The notes beneath the pieces were generated by a model. That model was given only the letters and a program-made list of their open reading frames with translations, was not told the DNA's origin and made no database searches. Positions 60,078-64,000 of a DNA stretch of 64,000 bases are shown here, in pieces. Made by a program: the position numbers and the translations under genes. Numbering within the stretch: position 1 is the first letter of the stretch; each line of letters starts with the position of its first letter. Source of the DNA: Deltaproteobacteria bacterium (GTDB lineage: Bacteria > Desulfobacterota_D > UBA1144 > Nemesobacterales > UBA2774); assembly GCA_040223695.1 (NCBI GenBank), contig JAVKFU010000012.1, forward strand, positions 41-64,040. The letters run 5' to 3'.

Positions 60078-61724
60078 TTAATCTTCTCTGTTTATTTTCT
60101 TTCTTGTGAATCTCCTACCCACTGCGTAGGCAAAAACCAATCCCGGTATCAAGAAGGAGAGCGCCGCCGTACCGGTACCCGATCCGGTTCCGGCTTTTGC
60201 GACTGAGCAGCTGCTTCCGTTATTATTTCCATCTCCTGACGGTGTCTGCGTTACTGCCATGAAATTAAATACCGAGAGCGGGAATAGATCCGTTGTTCCC
60301 CCTACGGCCGGGAACGGCGAGTCGTTACCGCTTACGTCCACGCGGAGATCAGCGATAAGGGCGTCCGGTTTAATCCAGTCGGTTCCCTGCAGTACTGCGA
60401 GCACAAGTCTGTTGGGACAATCAGGCAGTATCGTGCAATCAAGTGCGCCTGGACGAGGGGGTCCGCTTCCGGGAACTCCGGAGTCGGCTGGGAAATTCAC
60501 GTCCGCCAGCTGACGAGCCAGCAGAAAGGTTATATCTCCAACGTCGTCCTGAGGGCGTCTTCCGTTCTGGAGGCCGAAAAGTCCAACCGCAAGGTCAGCT
60601 GCGTTTCTGTCCAGATCGAGTCTCAGGTAGTCTGGAAGAAGGGCTACACGAAGTAAATCCGAATCAGGTACTAGAGGATGAACAAAATCCGGCGGCAATA
60701 GAAGCGGCGCGCCGTTAGGCACTGCTGTAACGCCGAGGGCCTCAAGTAAATCCGCACGCCCGGCTATGGTATTTCCTGTTCCGTCATTGTCCACCTGAGT
60801 CAGTGCGTCCGGGACGAGCCCTGAGAACATGGCGACGTCCTCCGCCGGCACCGCTGCGTTGAACTCGTCTTTCATGCCCTCCGGTACGAACACAGTATTG
60901 AACACCTGCTGGCCCATACGCTCGATCTGCACAAACTCATCCGGCGACAACTGGTCAGGCCTGCTTGTAGTCCCCCAGATTCCCACGAGACCGTCAATAC
61001 CGAAAAATCCGTCACCGCGCACTAGATTCTTGGGAAAAGAAACAACGATGTGAAGCGCGTTCACGCCGGCAAAGAAATCAATCCCGCTTGTGCCGTCTGA
61101 CCTGATTTCACGTCCGTCGAGGGGCCCGAGCACCGGCGAGGTAACCTGACGAAATACGTCCTGGCTTCCGTCCAGTATCGCGTTAAACTGGCTAAAATCA
61201 AAAACGAACGCGTCGTCCGCCAGACCCGCGTAAGCGCGAAATACGCCAGACGTAACGTTCACCTGTGTATTGCCTTCTATCGAAGAAGGAAGCGGCAGTA
61301 TCTCGTTTACAGCGCCTGTCATTAAAGGCAATGCGGGTCCTATTACCCTGAATTCCTGGTTGAACCCGCTCCCGTCAAAAATTATCTGTACCACGAAGTC
61401 CTCTACGGCGTCACCGTCGTTGTCCACTTTGAACTGATAGAGGACATCGGGGTCGAAACCCACGTTCCCGTTGTCTTGAGGCTGTATGAACGGCACAACC
61501 GCCATCGCCAGTACGAGCCTGGACTCATCGTCCGGATCGAGAAAAGCATATACATCCGTAATGTCTATTTGCGGGTCCGCCGTGGTAAGAGGCGCGTCAA
61601 CATGGTCTGCGGCAACCGCCTCATTCGTAATTTGTATCGTTAATGCATTTGCCGTGATAAACGCAATCACCAGCACAAAAATTGGCATAAAATATGCCGG
61701 CAAGACTTTTAACTGGTTCTTCAT
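60078..61724 (-). CDS. Secreted protein, DUF4331-like N-terminus, with C-terminal Gly/Ser/Thr linker plus TM plus basic tail (sorting-signal-like)
   Basis: Signal peptide, then the motif ADHVDAPLTTADPQIDITDVYAF, which resembles DUF4331. The C-terminus is GTGSGTGTAALSFLIPGLVFAYAVGRRFTRKKINRED. Confidence 0.55.
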   Translation of the reverse strand: MKNQLKVLPAYFMPIFVLVIAFITANALTIQITNEAVAADHVDAPLTTADPQIDITDVYAFLDPDDESRLVLAMAVVPFIQPQDNGNVGFDPDVLYQFKVDNDGDAVEDFVVQIIFDGSGFNQEFRVIGPALPLMTGAVNEILPLPSSIEGNTQVNVTSGVFRAYAGLADDAFVFDFSQFNAILDGSQDVFRQVTSPVLGPLDGREIRSDGTSGIDFFAGVNALHIVVSFPKNLVRGDGFFGIDGLVGIWGTTSRPDQLSPDEFVQIERMGQQVFNTVFVPEGMKDEFNAAVPAEDVAMFSGLVPDALTQVDNDGTGNTIAGRADLLEALGVTAVPNGAPLLLPPDFVHPLVPDSDLLRVALLPDYLRLDLDRNAADLAVGLFGLQNGRRPQDDVGDITFLLARQLADVNFPADSGVPGSGPPRPGALDCTILPDCPNRLVLAVLQGTDWIKPDALIADLRVDVSGNDSPFPAVGGTTDLFPLSVFNFMAVTQTPSGDGNNNGSSCSVAKAGTGSGTGTAALSFLIPGLVFAYAVGRRFTRKKINRED

Positions 61725-61872
61725 AAATATACTTCTCCTCCTGTTTTTATTTTATTCATCTACACATATGATAAATTTGGGTACATCTAGTACATACGAA
61801 GATATTCAAAATGCGGTTTCATTTTTATTAAAACAGTAGTCGTTTGCAGATGATTAATTCAAATTAAGTAAT

Positions 61873-61881
61873 TGCTATAAT
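61873..61881 (+). promoter_or_regulatory. Extended -10 promoter element (TGcTATAAT)
   Basis: TGCTATAAT at 61873-61881 in an AT-rich 580-bp intergenic region. It lies about 430 nt upstream of the 62309 gene. Confidence 0.3.
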
Positions 61882-62308
61882 GTAAGTGCAAGTTTGTTGC
61901 CAAGAATAGTCTTATATATTTCATTAAAATCTGCAGTTTTTACAGACACTTAACGAGACAAGAAAGTTTCCGGACCATCGGATGTTTATATATAAGCTGT
62001 TGAAAAGTAAGTTATTAATCACAAGGTCAGATAAAACAAATTACCGTAAAATTTATTCTTTTCTTTGCACAACCATCCAAACTTCTCAGTTCATTGTGTT
62101 AAATTTTTTTGCTTTAAATCGTGCGCGATATGCAGGTATAGACATTTTTGTGAAGGCAACGTTCTAATTCTTAATAATCGTACATGCCTGGAAATCATAA
62201 GATTTTCTTACCCGGAAAAAACATTTATTAAGAAAGATAAAACCAAACCCTGCCAATTACTCGTATATTAGCTTTAAAATCAAAATATTTAATGGGAGGT
62301 ATAGGTTT

Positions 62309-63007
62309 ATGTATAAGATTTCGTCGATTTTCGCATCGCTGATGCTCGCTGTCGTATTTTCATTATCGCTCTTGGGTGTCGGACACACTCAAGAACAGGA
62401 AATGAAAGATATGATGATGAAAAAAGGAAAAGAAATGATGGGCATGACTCCGACATCCGACACAAACGCAGCGGCTTTGCGAAAGAACCTGAATTTGCTT
62501 TTAGCTGAACACGTATGGCTTGCCGGTGCCGCAACAAATGCAGCCCTCAACGGAAACCAGGAGGAATTCGAAGCGGCCGCTGCTGCTCTCGATGCGAACT
62601 CTCAGGCAATAGCCGTCGCTAACGGCGTGGTTTACGGGCAGGAAGCAGCCGATGCCTTTTTACCCCTCTGGAGAAAGCACATCGGATTCATAGTTGATTA
62701 TACGAACGCAGTGGCAGCAAACGACAAGGACAAGCAGGAAAAGGCGGTCAATGATCTCATATCTTATTCTGCAGATTTTGGTGCATTCATTAACTCGGCG
62801 AGCCCTTCATTACCGGCTGATGCAGTTGCAGGGTTGGTAAAGGAGCATGTCGTTACTTTTAAGGCCGTCATTGACGCCCAGGCAGCCGGAAACGATACCG
62901 AGGCTTATATGAATCTGAGAAAAGCGGCCGCACATATGCAGAAAATAGCCGATGCCCATGCGGAGGCGATCGTTCTGCAATTTCCTGATAAATTTTCGGA
63001 TAATTGA
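62309..63007 (+). CDS. Secreted Met-rich / His-motif protein (putative metal-binding)
   Basis: Signal peptide, a Met-rich stretch MKDMMMKKGKEMMGM, and four spaced helical His motifs (AEHVWL, RKHIGF, KEHVVTF, AAHMQKI). GGGAGG RBS. Confidence 0.6.
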   Translation: MYKISSIFASLMLAVVFSLSLLGVGHTQEQEMKDMMMKKGKEMMGMTPTSDTNAAALRKNLNLLLAEHVWLAGAATNAALNGNQEEFEAAAAALDANSQAIAVANGVVYGQEAADAFLPLWRKHIGFIVDYTNAVAANDKDKQEKAVNDLISYSADFGAFINSASPSLPADAVAGLVKEHVVTFKAVIDAQAAGNDTEAYMNLRKAAAHMQKIADAHAEAIVLQFPDKFSDN

Positions 63008-63064
63008 CAGCGGGTTTATACAGAAAAAGAAATTCAGGCAACAGACCTTCGGGTCTGTTGCCTT

Positions 63065-63469
63065 TTGGTGAATGTAATGAAAAATCAATTTTTATTTTCA
63101 TTGTTTCTCCTGATATTTATCCCGGTCATACTATCGGGCTTATCCACAAGTTTCTCAGAGCACTCACTGCTAGCTGCCGATACCGAAATGCCAAATAATA
63201 CAGAGCATGTTGACGTGAATATCAAGCTTTTCACGTTCAAACCGGAAGTTCTCGAGATTCCTGTAGGAAAAACGGTTGTCTGGACTAACGGGGACGCCAT
63301 AGAGCACAGCATAACTCAAGGGACACCCGACAATCCCGGACCGGAGTTTGATTCAGGCTTCTTTACGAAAGGAGACACGTACTCATTTACATTTACCGAA
63401 GTCGGGGAATATGACTACTTTTGCAAACGCCATAACTCTATGCGCGGCAGGATAAAAGTTACAGAATGA
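63065..63469 (+). CDS. Cupredoxin (plastocyanin/pseudoazurin-like blue copper protein)
   Basis: Signal peptide. Type-1 copper ligand pattern: H in GDAIEHSI, then C-x2-H-x2-M in YFCKRHNSMRG. The start may be 63077. Confidence 0.75.
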   Translation: MVNVMKNQFLFSLFLLIFIPVILSGLSTSFSEHSLLAADTEMPNNTEHVDVNIKLFTFKPEVLEIPVGKTVVWTNGDAIEHSITQGTPDNPGPEFDSGFFTKGDTYSFTFTEVGEYDYFCKRHNSMRGRIKVTE

Positions 63470-63715
63470 ATTTGAGCTTACCGGCAGCATCCTGTTAGAA
63501 AGAAGAACTGCAAGTCATGCAAATGTAAATAGAATATCTTGTCCTTTCCAAAACCGTTATCTGCGAGTGTGCGCTTGTCGGTCCTAGTGTCCAAATAAGT
63601 TTCCATAGTCGATATTGCCACTTGCTTTCGAAGCTTTTACAACACCATCCTCTTAGGTCCCCCCGGATCGTTCCAGTAATAGAGTGATACCCAAAATTCT
63701 CCTGCTCATAAATTA

Positions 63716-63743
63716 CGAAATATCGAAATATTAGGATATTTCG
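63716..63743 (+). promoter_or_regulatory. Repeat element CGAAATAT-CGAAATAT-tag-GATATTTCG (candidate enhancer/operator site)
   Basis: A direct repeat of CGAAATAT followed by its inverted copy. It sits about 105-130 bp upstream of the sigma-54 promoter. Confidence 0.4.
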
Positions 63744-63844
63744 CAATTCACCTGGAAGACAATATAAAAGCCCGATTCCTAGCGTATCAAATTATTTCAA
63801 TTAAATCGGATGCTTAAGTGTGAATCTCTCTTTCTTTATATTTG

Positions 63845-63860
63845 TGGCACATTAGTTGCA
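63845..63860 (+). promoter_or_regulatory. Sigma-54 (RpoN) promoter, -24/-12 type
   Basis: TGGCAC-ATTAG-TTGCA matches the TGGCAC-N5-TTGCW consensus exactly. It lies 38 nt upstream of the ATG at 63899. Confidence 0.65.
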
Positions 63861-63898
63861 TTTACAACTAACTAAAATTTAGAAAGGAGGTGATTTAC

Positions 63899-64000
63899 AT
63901 GTCAGCAAGAACTTCAGGAGAAGCGAAAGAGCTTGTTTATTTCGTAGACGGTGAAGGAAACTCTTTTAAGCAGGATCCGATTGTCGTGTTGCCGGATGGA
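63899..64000 (+). CDS. Hypothetical protein, N-terminal fragment (runs off the window end)
   Basis: Strong RBS GAAAGGAGGTG 7 nt upstream. Translates MSARTSGEAKELVYFVDGEGNSFKQDPIVVLPDG. Confidence 0.5.
   Translation, partial: MSARTSGEAKELVYFVDGEGNSFKQDPIVVLPDG

Noticed and set aside
61620-61724. Considered calling the C-terminal tail of the 548-aa secreted protein a PEP-CTERM or LPXTG signal.
   Set aside because: Neither a PEP nor an LPXTG motif is present. Only the generic tripartite layout is shared, so it was reported as an uncertain finding instead.

Overview
This 64 kb window reads as bacterial chromosome, about 48% GC, from a deep-branching or Nitrospira-like lineage judging by gene content. 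It is densely coding and mixes core housekeeping genes with accessory and poorly characterised ones.

Housekeeping genes include groES and the groEL start, tsaC, lepA, trpE-trpG, tadA, gltX, coaE, an acyl-CoA carboxylase operon, rsmA, thrC, thiE, leuS and tRNA-Arg(CCG). The rpmH-rnpA-yidD-yidC-jag cluster is also present.

The accessory content is more varied:
- A LemA/DUF2207 pair.
- A 1554-aa cytoplasmic hybrid histidine kinase with an internal tandem GAF duplication.
- Two nitrilase-superfamily genes, one co-operonic with an unknown 130-aa protein and divergent from a TPP-dependent enzyme.
- Two about 78% identical AMP-dependent ligase paralogs flanking an inward-facing Ca2+/Na+ antiporter, directly downstream of trpEG.
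- An orphan MlaE permease.
- A deoxyhypusine-synthase-like gene.
- A membrane GAF-GGDEF protein overlapping ftsB.
- A secreted DUF4331-like protein with a C-terminal sorting-signal-like tail.
- A Met/His-rich secreted protein next to a cupredoxin.
- A textbook sigma-54 promoter with an upstream repeat element before a partial gene at the window edge.

No CRISPR array, IS element, integrase or obvious defence island is seen. Every call is made by eye from the translations and sequence motifs. No database search was run.
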